This document shows positions 36,096 through 44,976 of a stretch of 64,000 nucleotides of DNA, one piece after another. Under the pieces are notes generated by a model. That model saw nothing but the letters and a program-made list of their open reading frames with translations. It was not told the origin of the DNA and ran no database searches. Made by a program: the position numbers and the translations under genes. The first letter of the stretch is position 1; each line of letters starts with the position of its first letter. This DNA is from Chloroflexota bacterium. GTDB lineage: Bacteria > Chloroflexota > Limnocylindria > Limnocylindrales > CSP1-4. The stretch spans positions 56,575 to 120,574 of the forward strand of contig SCUO01000047.1 of the NCBI GenBank assembly GCA_004297395.1, in the 5' to 3' direction.

Positions 36096-36110
36096 AGACG
36101 GCCTTCGCAC

Positions 36111-38693
36111 TCAGACGGGTTCCTTGGCCAGGTGACGCTGCATCGCGGCCTTGCGCGACAGGTTGACCCGGCCCTGGCGGTCGATCTCGACGACCACGAC
36201 CATGACCTCGTCGCCGACGGACACGACGTCCTCGACGCTCGGCACGTGGTAGTCGGCGAGCTCGCCGATCCGGACGAGGCCCTCCTTGCCGGGCAGGATC
36301 TCGACGAACGCGCCGAAGCCCATGATCCGGGTGACCTTGCCGAGGTACAGGGCGCCGACCTCGACCTCGCGGGTCAGGCTCTCGATCCACTGGATCGCCT
36401 TGCGTGAGTTCTCGCCGCTCACCGCGGCGATCTCGACCGTCCCGTCGTCCTCGACGTTGATCTCGGTCTGGGTTTCCTCCTGGATCTTGCGGATCATGGA
36501 GCCGCCCTTGCCGATGATCTCGCGGATCTTCTCGGGGTTGATCTTGATGGTGATGATCCGCGGCGCGAAGTCGCTCATCGACTCGCGCGCCTGCGGCAGG
36601 ACCTCGGTCATCTTGTCGAGGATCTCGAGGCGGGCCGCCAGGGCCTGCTTCAGGCCGTCGCGAATGATCGCCTCGTTGATGCCCTTGACCTTGATGTCCA
36701 TCTGGAGGGCGGTGATGCCGTCCCTCGTCCCGGTGACCTTGAAGTCCATGTCCCCGACCGCGTCCTCCTTGCCGAGGATGTCGGTCAGGACGACGAAGCG
36801 GCCGTCGGGCTCACTGATGAGGCCCATCGCCGCGCCGGCGACGGGCGCCGAGATCGGCACGCCGGCGTCCATGAGGGCGAGCGTCGAGCCGCAGGTCGAG
36901 GCCATCGAGGTCGAACCGTTGGACGACAGGCACTCGGACACGAGCCGGATGACGTACGGGAAGTCCTCGTTCGTCGGCAGGACGGGGATGAGCGCCCGCT
37001 CGGCCAGGTTGCCGTGGCCGATGTCGCGCCGGCTGGGGCCGCGCATCGGCTTGTTCTCGCCGGTCGAATAGGGCGGGAAGTTGTAGTGGTGGATGTAGCG
37101 CTTCTCGGTCTTGGGGCTGATCGTGTCGATCCGCTGGACGTCCGAGGACGCGCCGAGGGTCGCGATCGTCAGGACCTGGGTCTCGCCCCGGGTGAAGAGC
37201 CCCGAGCCGTGGGCTCGCGGCAGCAGCCCGACGTCGACCGAGATCTGGCGGAGCTCGGTCAGGCCGCGGCCGTCCATCCGGATGCCGTCCTCGAGGGCGA
37301 CCTTGCGGGCCGTCTTCTTGTGGACCAGGTTGAAGAGGCCCTTGCTGACGCGAGCGTCGCGGCGGGCCGCCTCCTGGATGGCCTTGCTGTCGCCGCCCGA
37401 GCGGGTTGCCCGGATGGCGTTCGCGATGCCCTCGCGGAGGGCGTTGATCCGGCCGGGCAGGTCGTTGCCGAACCAGATCAGGAGGTTGGCGGTGGCCTCG
37501 GCGTCCGGCAGGGCCCGATGGGCCTGGGCCAGCTCGATGCCGAAGAAGTTGGACAGGGTCGGGAGCTTGTAGTTCTCGAGGTCCGGGTAGCCCTCGCGGG
37601 CGATCGGCAGGGTGTCGAGGTAGCGGCCGGCCTCGAAGTGGGTGCCGTCGGCGAGGGCGGCCTCGAGGAACGCCAGGTCGAAGCCCACCGAGTGGCCGAC
37701 GACGACGGAGTTGCCGATGAACTTGAGGGCCTGGGCGGCGGCCTCGGCCGGCTTCGGCGCCTTCTTGACGTCGGCATCGGTGATGCCGTGCATCTGCTTG
37801 CCGACGATCGGGCGGCCGGGGTTGACGAGGGTCGACCAGCGGTCGGTGATCTTGCCCTTCTTGACCTTGACCGCGGCGATCTCGACGAGATCGGCCAGCT
37901 TGGGATCCGTGCCGGTCGTCTCGACGTCGACGACGACGAGCTCGTCACCCCGCCCGACGGCGTCGACGAACTCGAGGACCGAGCCGGTGCCGGGCTCGAG
38001 GAACGGCGTGCTCTTTGGCTTGCCGACCGCCTCGCGCAGCTGCTCCTGGATGTCGATGAGCGGCTGGAGGGCTCGATGGCCGAAGAGGATGGCCTCGGCC
38101 ATGACGTCTTCGGGCAGGAGCTTCGCGCCGGCCTCGACCATCATGATCGCGTCGCGGGTGCCTGAGACGATGAGGTCGAGCTCCGAATCGGCGAGCTGGC
38201 TGTAGGTCGGGTTGACCACGAACTCGCCGTCGATCCGGCCGACCCGGACCGCACCAACGGGCCCGGCGAACGGGATCTCGCTGATGGTGAGGGCGGCCGA
38301 CGCGGCGACGGTGCCGAGGACGTCGGGCTCGTTCTCCTGGTCGGTCGAGAGGACCGTGATGACGAGCTGGATGTCGTCCTTGTAGCCCTCGGGGAAGAGC
38401 GGCCGGATGGGCCGATCCGTGAGGCGGGCGGCCAGGGTTGCCGCCTCGGACGCGCGGGCCTCGCGCTTGATGAAGCCGCCCGGGATCTTGCCCGCGGCGT
38501 ACATCCGCTCCTCGAACTCGACGGTGAGCGGGAAGAAGTCGAGTCCCGGCCGCGGATCGGACCGGTTGGCGGTGCCGAGGACCAGGGTGTCACCGTAGCG
38601 AACGGTGACTGCGCCGCCGGCGAGACGGGCGAGCTTGCCGGTCTCGATGGTCAGGGTACGACCGCCGAACTCGGTCTCGAAGATGGTGGACAC
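36111..38693 (-). CDS. pnp: Polyribonucleotide nucleotidyltransferase (PNPase) with embedded DnaQ-like DEDDh 3'-5' exonuclease domain
   Basis: GTG start; PH1 (1-230), inserted exonuclease (about 250-412: VVDVETTG, GHSVGFDLAFL, HRALPDAEATANL), alpha-helical remnant, PH2 (GSGLFTRGETQ...), KH (IKINPEKIREIIGKGGSMIRKI), S1 (GKVTRIMGFGAFVEIL); 860 aa. Confidence 0.9.
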   Translation of the reverse strand: MSTIFETEFGGRTLTIETGKLARLAGGAVTVRYGDTLVLGTANRSDPRPGLDFFPLTVEFEERMYAAGKIPGGFIKREARASEAATLAARLTDRPIRPLFPEGYKDDIQLVITVLSTDQENEPDVLGTVAASAALTISEIPFAGPVGAVRVGRIDGEFVVNPTYSQLADSELDLIVSGTRDAIMMVEAGAKLLPEDVMAEAILFGHRALQPLIDIQEQLREAVGKPKSTPFLEPGTGSVLEFVDAVGRGDELVVVDVETTGTDPKLADLVEIAAVKVKKGKITDRWSTLVNPGRPIVGKQMHGITDADVKKAPKPAEAAAQALKFIGNSVVVGHSVGFDLAFLEAALADGTHFEAGRYLDTLPIAREGYPDLENYKLPTLSNFFGIELAQAHRALPDAEATANLLIWFGNDLPGRINALREGIANAIRATRSGGDSKAIQEAARRDARVSKGLFNLVHKKTARKVALEDGIRMDGRGLTELRQISVDVGLLPRAHGSGLFTRGETQVLTIATLGASSDVQRIDTISPKTEKRYIHHYNFPPYSTGENKPMRGPSRRDIGHGNLAERALIPVLPTNEDFPYVIRLVSECLSSNGSTSMASTCGSTLALMDAGVPISAPVAGAAMGLISEPDGRFVVLTDILGKEDAVGDMDFKVTGTRDGITALQMDIKVKGINEAIIRDGLKQALAARLEILDKMTEVLPQARESMSDFAPRIITIKINPEKIREIIGKGGSMIRKIQEETQTEINVEDDGTVEIAAVSGENSRKAIQWIESLTREVEVGALYLGKVTRIMGFGAFVEILPGKEGLVRIGELADYHVPSVEDVVSVGDEVMVVVVEIDRQGRVNLSRKAAMQRHLAKEPV

Positions 38694-38704
38694 GGGGTGC
38701 TGTT

Positions 38705-38724
38705 CCTCCTGTCGTGGGAGGAGG
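38705..38724 (-). promoter_or_regulatory. pnp 5' leader hairpin sequestering the Shine-Dalgarno (CCUCCU-N8-AGGAGG)
   Basis: On mRNA strand: CCTCCT CCCACGAC AGGAGG AACAGCACCCC GTG. Confidence 0.4.
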
Positions 38725-38772
38725 CGACGAATGGTTCCTGGCCGATCAGCCTGCCGGGAGCCCGATGCGATC

Positions 38773-38795
38773 GACCCCGGGGTGGACCCGGGGTC
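38773..38795 (-). promoter_or_regulatory. 9-bp GC stem-loop in rpsO-pnp intergenic region (candidate RNase III processing / rpsO terminator hairpin)
   Basis: GACCCCGGG / CCCGGGGTC arms with 5-nt loop. Confidence 0.4.
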
Positions 38796-38811
38796 AACGG
38801 TGGCAGCGAGC

Positions 38812-39114
38812 CTAGCGGCGGAGTCCGAGCCGTCCGATGACGGCGCGGTAGCGCGTGTTGTCCTTCTTCACGAGGTAAGCGAGAAGGCGACGGCGCTGGC
38901 CGACGAGCTTGAGGAGGCCGCGACGCGAATGGTTGTCCTTGGGGAAGCTCCGGAGATGCCCCGTCAGGTCCTTGATCCGCTCGGTGAGGAGCGCGACCTG
39001 GACTTCCGGTGAGCCGGTGTCGCCGTCCTTGACGGCAAACCCCGTGATGATCTCCTGCTTCTCTTCCCGCGCGAGCGGCACTCGGTCCTCCGACACGAAC
39101 GTGACTGTATGCAT
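38812..39114 (-). CDS. rpsO: 30S ribosomal protein S15
   Basis: [51 protein letters not shown]; ATG 39114 (alternative GTG 39096 would give 94 aa). Confidence 0.85.
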   Translation of the reverse strand: MHTVTFVSEDRVPLAREEKQEIITGFAVKDGDTGSPEVQVALLTERIKDLTGHLRSFPKDNHSRRGLLKLVGQRRRLLAYLVKKDNTRYRAVIGRLGLRR

Positions 39115-39126
39115 TTCCTTCAACTT

Positions 39127-39155
39127 TGACCGACGGATCCTAGCAGCCAATCGCG
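39127..39155 (-). promoter_or_regulatory. Putative rpsO promoter (TTGCCC-N17-TAGGAT on minus strand)
   Basis: In 78-nt ribF-rpsO gap. Confidence 0.25.
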
Positions 39156-39191
39156 GTTCGGGCAAACGCCGGGGCCTCTCCCAGCGTTCCC

Positions 39192-40013
39192 TCAGGCCCC
39201 AACCCGACCGCCATCCCTCGCGAACACCAGGCGCAGGCGCCCGTGGATCGGTGCTTCCGTGACCAGGGCCAGGTCGCCGTCCGCTCCGATGACGGCCGTC
39301 GCAGTCAGCGCGCCGGTGGCCCCCTGCCCCTCCACGGTGGCCGGGTATTCCCCGGCGGGCGGGAGCGCTACTGGCATCGGCGCGACGAGGCGGGCGCGGC
39401 CGTCGGGGGCAGGGCTCCCCTCCCCCACGATCGCGTACGGACGACCGAGCAGCCTCGCTGCCCCGGCCAGGTCGCCCGCTGCGATGTCCGAGCGGATCTC
39501 GCCGCTCCGGACGGGCCGGCCGTCGAGATCGAGGCTCGGGATGATCGCGACGTCGTAGCCCATCGTGGCCCCGAGCGCGGCCACGGCCTCCGGGGTTCCG
39601 CGCCGATCGTGGCCGAAGGCCGATTCGGGGGTCATCAGGAAACCCGCGAGCGCCGTCCGGGCAGCGATCCGGCCGATGAAGTCCTCGAACTCGGTCATCC
39701 GGAGGGCGACGTCGAAGTGTTGGACGATGGTGACCTCGACGCCGGCTGCGGCAAGTCGCTCGAGGCGCTCGTCGGGGTCGCACAGCAGCGGCGGGGCGGC
39801 GCCGGTGAGGATCTCGTCGGGGTGGTGATCGAAGGTGATGACCGTCGGCCGAGCCGATCGGCGAGCCGCCTCGGAAACGAGGTGCTCGAGCAGGTAGGCG
39901 TGGCCGAGATGGAGGCCATCGAAGACGCCGACGACCACGAACAGTCGCCCGTGCTCGGCGCCGAGGGCGTCGATCCCTGCCACGACCGCCATCTCGCGCG
40001 CTGCGTCAGGCAT
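39192..40013 (-). CDS. ribF: FAD synthetase (RibF) with apparently degenerate C-terminal riboflavin-kinase domain
   Basis: FMN adenylyltransferase motifs [24 protein letters not shown]; ATG 40013 overlaps truB stop by 8 nt; C-terminal domain lacks the GFPTAN-type flap motif. Confidence 0.75.
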   Translation of the reverse strand: MPDAAREMAVVAGIDALGAEHGRLFVVVGVFDGLHLGHAYLLEHLVSEAARRSARPTVITFDHHPDEILTGAAPPLLCDPDERLERLAAAGVEVTIVQHFDVALRMTEFEDFIGRIAARTALAGFLMTPESAFGHDRRGTPEAVAALGATMGYDVAIIPSLDLDGRPVRSGEIRSDIAAGDLAGAARLLGRPYAIVGEGSPAPDGRARLVAPMPVALPPAGEYPATVEGQGATGALTATAVIGADGDLALVTEAPIHGRLRLVFARDGGRVGA

Positions 40014-41007
40014 CGATGGGGACCTCGTCGGGTTCGGGTTCTCCAACGGCCGAAGCACCCCGGGTGGCGGCGACGGCACCTGGGAGCATCTTCGCCGGCG
40101 CCAGGCGTCGGCCGTCGAGCGCCCCGATGCCCACGATCCGGCCGTCGCCGTCGAGCAGCCGGATCGGCGCGTCCGACGGCAGGCCCGCCAGGCCGGCCGC
40201 GGGCCGGACGAAGCGGCCCATCGCGGCGTCGGTGATCTCCCCGGGCTGCAGCCGGACGGAGGGCATCGCCTCGAGGCCCGCGTCGACGGGGAGCAACAAC
40301 CCGGCGATCGCCGCCGCGCCCTCCGCGCTGGCAGCTCGCAACCCGTCCAGCGGCACGGCATCCTCGAGCCGGAACGGTCCGCTCGAGGTCCGGATGAGCG
40401 CGCCGAGGTAGGCGCCGCTGCCGAGGGCCGCGCCCAGGTCCCGGGCAAGCGCGCGGACGTACGTCCCGGCCGAGCACTCGACGTCGACGATCGCGATCGG
40501 CCGGGCCGGATCGTCGGCGTTCCAGGCGGTGAGCTCCAGGGCGTGGATGACGACCGAGCGCTCGGCGAGCTCCGGGGCCTCGCCGGCGCGGGCCATGGCG
40601 TAGGCGCGCCGGCCGCCGACCTGGATGGCCGAGAACGCCGGCGGCCGCTGCCGGATCTCGCCCCGGAACCCCGCCAGCGCCGATTCCACCGCCACCGAGG
40701 AGAGCGGCGGTCCGTCCACCGGGGTCAGCTCGCCATCGAGGTCATCGGTCGCCGAGGTGGCCCCGAAGCAGATCGTCGCCCGGTAGCCCTTCCGATCGCC
40801 GAGGTGGTACTCCACGAGCCGGGTCGCGCCACCCAGGAAGAGCGGCAGGACGCCGGAGGCGAAGGGGTCGAGGGTCCCGCCATGGCCGATGCGGCGGGTC
40901 CCGGTGAGCCGTCGCGCCAGGGCGACCACGTCATGGGACGTGGGGCCGGGCGGCTTGGCCAGGACGAGGACGCCGTCGAGCCCGGACGCGTCGGTGCGGC
41001 GTGCCAC
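40006..41007 (-). CDS. truB: tRNA pseudouridine(55) synthase TruB
   Basis: Catalytic Asp motif IGHGGTLDPFASGVLPL, C-terminal PUA-like extension. Confidence 0.9.
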   Translation of the reverse strand: MARRTDASGLDGVLVLAKPPGPTSHDVVALARRLTGTRRIGHGGTLDPFASGVLPLFLGGATRLVEYHLGDRKGYRATICFGATSATDDLDGELTPVDGPPLSSVAVESALAGFRGEIRQRPPAFSAIQVGGRRAYAMARAGEAPELAERSVVIHALELTAWNADDPARPIAIVDVECSAGTYVRALARDLGAALGSGAYLGALIRTSSGPFRLEDAVPLDGLRAASAEGAAAIAGLLLPVDAGLEAMPSVRLQPGEITDAAMGRFVRPAAGLAGLPSDAPIRLLDGDGRIVGIGALDGRRLAPAKMLPGAVAATRGASAVGEPEPDEVPIDA

Positions 41008-41052
41008 GTTCAGCGAGTCCCGGTCGAGCAGGCCACGGTCAGGCGGCCACGA

Positions 41053-42072
41053 TCAGCGCTGAACGGCGGCCGCGAGCCGCTCCGCTTCCGGCAGGACGAG
41101 CGCGCGCGCCTCTGAGACGGTGGCCTGGAGCGAGGCACCCGCCGCGCGGGCGTGCCCGCCGCCCCCGAACAGCCCGGTCAGGACGGTCGCATCAAACCCG
41201 CCCGGCTTCGTCCGGACGGAGATCCGCGTTGCCGGACCCGCCTCCTTGAACAGGATCGCGACCTCCGCCGCCTCTGACTGGGACAGCAGATCGATGATCC
41301 CCTCGGAGTGGGCGCTCAGGGCGCCCGTCTCGGTCACGTCGGCGGTGAGGAGGGTCGAGTGGATGACCAGGCCGCCGGCCGCCGTCTGCAACCGGTCGAG
41401 GACTCGGCCGAACAGGCGCAGCTGGACGTCCGGCTTGGTGCGATACAGGCGATTCGAGATCTCGGACAGCGGCGCGCCGGCCGCGACGAGGGCCGCCGAA
41501 ACAGCGAGGGTCCGCGGCGTCGCGTTGGGATGGGCGAACGTCGCGGTGTCCATGACGATGCCGGCCATGAGCGCCGTGGCGAGGGCTCCGTCGCCGGCCG
41601 TGAGCGGGACGCCGAGCGCCGCGGCGAGGAGGGTCACGAGCTCGCAGGTCGCTGCCGATCGTGGGTCCACCCAGTCCGCGGGACCGGCGGCGCCGTTCGA
41701 GGCGTGATGGTCGATGACGACCGTCGGCAGGCGGGCCAGGATCTCCGCCTGGCGCTCCCGGAGCTCGCCGACGCGCTCGAGCGAGCCGCAATCGACGAGG
41801 ACGGCGAGGTCGTAGGCCACGCCCGGCTCGGGGTCCGTCCGGAAGGCATCGATCCCCGGCAGGAACGCGTACAGCGGCGGCGGGACGTCCGTGCAGACCA
41901 GTGACGCCCGGCCGCCGCGGGCCTCGATGATCAGGCGCAGGGCGAGGCCGGCCCCGAGGGTGTCCGCGTCGGGGTTCTCGTGGCTCACGACGAGGAGGGA
42001 CCTGGCCTGCCGCAGCTCCGCCACGACGGCGGCCGGCACGGCCTCCAGCCACGGCTCCAGGAAGGTGCTCAT
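41053..42072 (-). CDS. nrnA: DHH/DHHA1 phosphoesterase (NrnA-type nanoRNase / pAp phosphatase)
   Basis: DHH motifs VVSHENPDADTLGAG, VDCGS, IDHH; DHHA1 GGGGHARAAG. Confidence 0.8.
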   Translation of the reverse strand: MSTFLEPWLEAVPAAVVAELRQARSLLVVSHENPDADTLGAGLALRLIIEARGGRASLVCTDVPPPLYAFLPGIDAFRTDPEPGVAYDLAVLVDCGSLERVGELRERQAEILARLPTVVIDHHASNGAAGPADWVDPRSAATCELVTLLAAALGVPLTAGDGALATALMAGIVMDTATFAHPNATPRTLAVSAALVAAGAPLSEISNRLYRTKPDVQLRLFGRVLDRLQTAAGGLVIHSTLLTADVTETGALSAHSEGIIDLLSQSEAAEVAILFKEAGPATRISVRTKPGGFDATVLTGLFGGGGHARAAGASLQATVSEARALVLPEAERLAAAVQR

Positions 42073-42632
42073 CGGCGGCCCTTGCGCGAGGCCCGCGAGC
42101 CGCCGTCGCGACCCGCTCCCCCGCCGGCATGACCACCGGACTGGCGGGCGCGCTGCCGTCGCGGCGGGCGACGCTCGGACGTCGGCGGCTCCGGGATCGG
42201 CGGCTCGACCGGCGCATCGCCCTCGTGCGGCAGCCGCGCGACCGGGGTGGGCAGGACCTCCTCGGTCGGGCCGTCCTCGGCGCCGGCCGCCGAGCCGGCT
42301 TCGAGCTCGTTGATGAGCCGCAGGACGCGGGTCCCGCGCTCGCTCGTCTCATCGAGCCGGACGTGGAGATCGGGGATCCGCTTGATCCGGAGCCGGACCC
42401 CCAGCTCGTGCCGGATGAACGGCACGGCATGGGCCAGGGCCGCGACCGCCGCGTTCCGCTCCGCGTCCGTCCCGATCACGCTCACCCAGACCTTGGCATG
42501 CCGAAGATCCGGCGTCGTCTCGACATCCGTGATCGTCGCAAACCCGATCCGCGGATCGGCAACCTCCCGGGCAAGCAGCTGCCCGATCTCCTGCCGCAGC
42601 AGCTCATCGACTCGGTCGGTTCGTTGGGTCAT
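42069..42632 (-). CDS. rbfA: Ribosome-binding factor A with Arg/Gly-rich C-terminal extension
   Basis: RVDELLRQEIGQLLAREVADPRIGFATITDVETTPDLRHAKVWVSV; 4-nt overlap with nrnA. Confidence 0.85.
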   Translation of the reverse strand: MTQRTDRVDELLRQEIGQLLAREVADPRIGFATITDVETTPDLRHAKVWVSVIGTDAERNAAVAALAHAVPFIRHELGVRLRIKRIPDLHVRLDETSERGTRVLRLINELEAGSAAGAEDGPTEEVLPTPVARLPHEGDAPVEPPIPEPPTSERRPPRRQRARQSGGHAGGGAGRDGGSRASRKGRR

Positions 42633-42771
42633 CTGATTCGGTGTACCGCGTCATCGCCAACGCCGGGCGGCCAGGCGAAGGCGCCGGCGAGCACCGGAGC
42701 GAGCGCACGCGAACGTGCGTGAGCGAGGAGCGCAGCCGGCAACACACGCATCGTCGTCTGGCGTGGCGACC

Positions 42772-44676
42772 CTACGAAGCCAGCGATCGACTAACCATCT
42801 GCGACGTATAGCATTCGATGACGTCGCCCTCCTGGAGGTCGTTGAAGCCTGCCAGCGCGATCCCGCACTCGAAGCCCGTGGCGACCTCGCGGACGTCGTC
42901 CCGGAAGCGCCGCAGGGACTCGATCCGGTCCGTGGCGACGACCTTGCCGCCCCGCCAGACGCGGGCACCGCCGCGGACGATCCGCCCGTCGGTGACGTAG
43001 GAACCGGCGATGACCTGGCTCTTGCCGACCTTGATGATCTGGCGAACCTCGGCCCGGCCCTCGATGACCTCGACGAGCTCCGGCTCGAGGAGCCCGGACA
43101 GGGCCTTCTCGATGTCGTCCGTCAGCTGGTAGATGATGTCGTAGAGGCGGACGTCGACCTTCTCGGTCTCGGCGGCACGGCGGGCCGTGTCGCTGATCCG
43201 GGTGTTGAAGCCGACGACGATCGCGTTCGAGGCCGAGGCCAGCAGGATGTCGTTGTCGGTGATCTCGCCGGCGCCCTCGTGGAGGACGTTGATCTTGACC
43301 TCGTCCGTGGCCAGCTGGCCGAGGGCGTGGGTGATCGCCCCGAGCGAGCCCGAGACGTCGGCCTTGAGGATGATCCGGAGCTCCTTGGCCTGGCCGGCCT
43401 GGATCTGCTTGTAGAGGTCCTCGAGGGTCGCCCTGCCACTCCCCTCGCCGCCCTTCGACGCGATCTGGGCGCTGCGCGCCTCGACCATGGCCCGGGCTTC
43501 CTTCTCGTCGGCCACGACCCGCAGGATGTCGCCGGCCTCGGGCACCTCGGACAGACCCAGGACGACCGCGGCGGTCGCGGGACCGGCCTTGGGGATCCGC
43601 TTGCCGGTCTCGTTCTCGAGGGCCCGGACACGACCGAACGTCTCGCCGACGACGATGACGTCGCCGACCCGGAGCGTGCCGGTCTGGACGAGGGCGGTCG
43701 CCACGGCGCCGCGGCTCTTGTCCATGCGGGCCTCGACGATCGTGCCGATCGCGGAGCGCTTGGGGTTGGCCTTGAGGTCCTGGAGGTCGGCCACGAGGAG
43801 GACCATCTCGACGAGATCGTCGAGGCCCATCCGGCTCTTCGCCGAGACGGGCACGAGCGGGGTGTCGCCGCCGTACTCCTCGACGACGACACCGGCCTCG
43901 GTCAGCTCGGTCTTGACGCGATCCGGGTTCGCGTCGGGCTTGTCCATCTTGTTGAGGGCGATGATGATCGGCACCTTCGCCGCCTTGGCGTGGCTGATCG
44001 CCTCGAGCGTCTGGGGCATGACCCCGTCGTCGGCGGCGACGACCACGATCGCGATGTCGGTGACCCTGGCGCCGCGGGCCCGCATCGCGGTGAACGCCTC
44101 GTGGCCCGGGGTGTCGAGGAAGACGACCCGCCGGCCATCCTTGGTGACCTCGCTGGCACCGATGTGCTGGGTGATCCCGCCGCGCTCGCCGGCTGCGACG
44201 GTCGTCGAGCGGATCGCGTCGAGGAGGCTCGTCTTGCCGTGGTCGACGTGGCCCATGACGGTCACGATCGGCGCACGGGTCACCAGGTCGGCGTCGTCGA
44301 CCTCGGTGAAGAGCTCCTCCTTGGATGCTTCGGAGACGGCGCCGTCGGCGCCATCCTCGGCGCCGTCGCCGCCCGCGGCGGCAACGGGCTCGGCGACCTC
44401 GTAGCCGAGCTCGCCGGCGACGAGGGCCGCGGTGTCGCGGTCGATCAGCTGGTTGATCGTGGCGAAGATCCCGCTCTTGATGAGCTCGCGGATGACGTCC
44501 GCGGGATTGACGCCGAACAGGTCGGCCAGCTCCTTGACGGTGATCGTCGCGGGCAGCTCGATCGCGCCGCGCTCGCGCGGATCGATCGTCTGGACGCTCG
44601 CACCGAACGCGCCTTCGCGACGCGGCGGCTTGCGGGGCCCGCGACGGCCGCGGGTGCCGCTCCTACTCCTGGCCAC
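42772..44676 (-). CDS. infB: Translation initiation factor IF-2 (short form, 634 aa)
   Basis: G domain [24 protein letters not shown]; C-terminal beta-barrels. Confidence 0.9.
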   Translation of the reverse strand: MARSRSGTRGRRGPRKPPRREGAFGASVQTIDPRERGAIELPATITVKELADLFGVNPADVIRELIKSGIFATINQLIDRDTAALVAGELGYEVAEPVAAAGGDGAEDGADGAVSEASKEELFTEVDDADLVTRAPIVTVMGHVDHGKTSLLDAIRSTTVAAGERGGITQHIGASEVTKDGRRVVFLDTPGHEAFTAMRARGARVTDIAIVVVAADDGVMPQTLEAISHAKAAKVPIIIALNKMDKPDANPDRVKTELTEAGVVVEEYGGDTPLVPVSAKSRMGLDDLVEMVLLVADLQDLKANPKRSAIGTIVEARMDKSRGAVATALVQTGTLRVGDVIVVGETFGRVRALENETGKRIPKAGPATAAVVLGLSEVPEAGDILRVVADEKEARAMVEARSAQIASKGGEGSGRATLEDLYKQIQAGQAKELRIILKADVSGSLGAITHALGQLATDEVKINVLHEGAGEITDNDILLASASNAIVVGFNTRISDTARRAAETEKVDVRLYDIIYQLTDDIEKALSGLLEPELVEVIEGRAEVRQIIKVGKSQVIAGSYVTDGRIVRGGARVWRGGKVVATDRIESLRRFRDDVREVATGFECGIALAGFNDLQEGDVIECYTSQMVSRSLAS

Positions 44677-44962
44677 GGGTCCCTCCTCCGATGGTGTCGG
44701 TCGTGACGGTCTCGACGAGCTCCTCCTGGAGCCCTGCCGGGACCGGGGTTTCGAGGGCCCTGGAGAGGGCTCCTCGGCGAATGGCGTTGGTGATGCAGTC
44801 GAGGTCGCGACAGACGTAGGCGCCGCGGCCGGGGAGCCGGCCCGTCGGGTCCGCGGCGACTCCGCCGCCCGGGGCGCGGACGATCCGGAGGAGCTCGCGC
44901 TTGTCGCGGGTCGTTCGGCAGGCCACGCACGAGCGCGTCGCCGGCCGGCGCGCCGGACGCAC
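44663..44962 (-). CDS. ylxR: YlxR/DUF448 family protein (RnpM-like)
   Basis: CVACRTTRDKRELLRIV...GRGAYVCRDLDC pattern. Confidence 0.75.
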   Translation of the reverse strand: MRPARRPATRSCVACRTTRDKRELLRIVRAPGGGVAADPTGRLPGRGAYVCRDLDCITNAIRRGALSRALETPVPAGLQEELVETVTTDTIGGGTRGQE

Positions 44963-44976
44963 GACCGCAGCCGGGG

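Noticed and set aside
36286-38165. ORFs 36286..37071(+), 37014..38165(+), 37478..37948(-) inside pnp
   Set aside because: Out-of-frame or antisense artefacts within PNPase. The pnp reading frame is continuous, with conserved motifs from start to stop, including the exonuclease insert.
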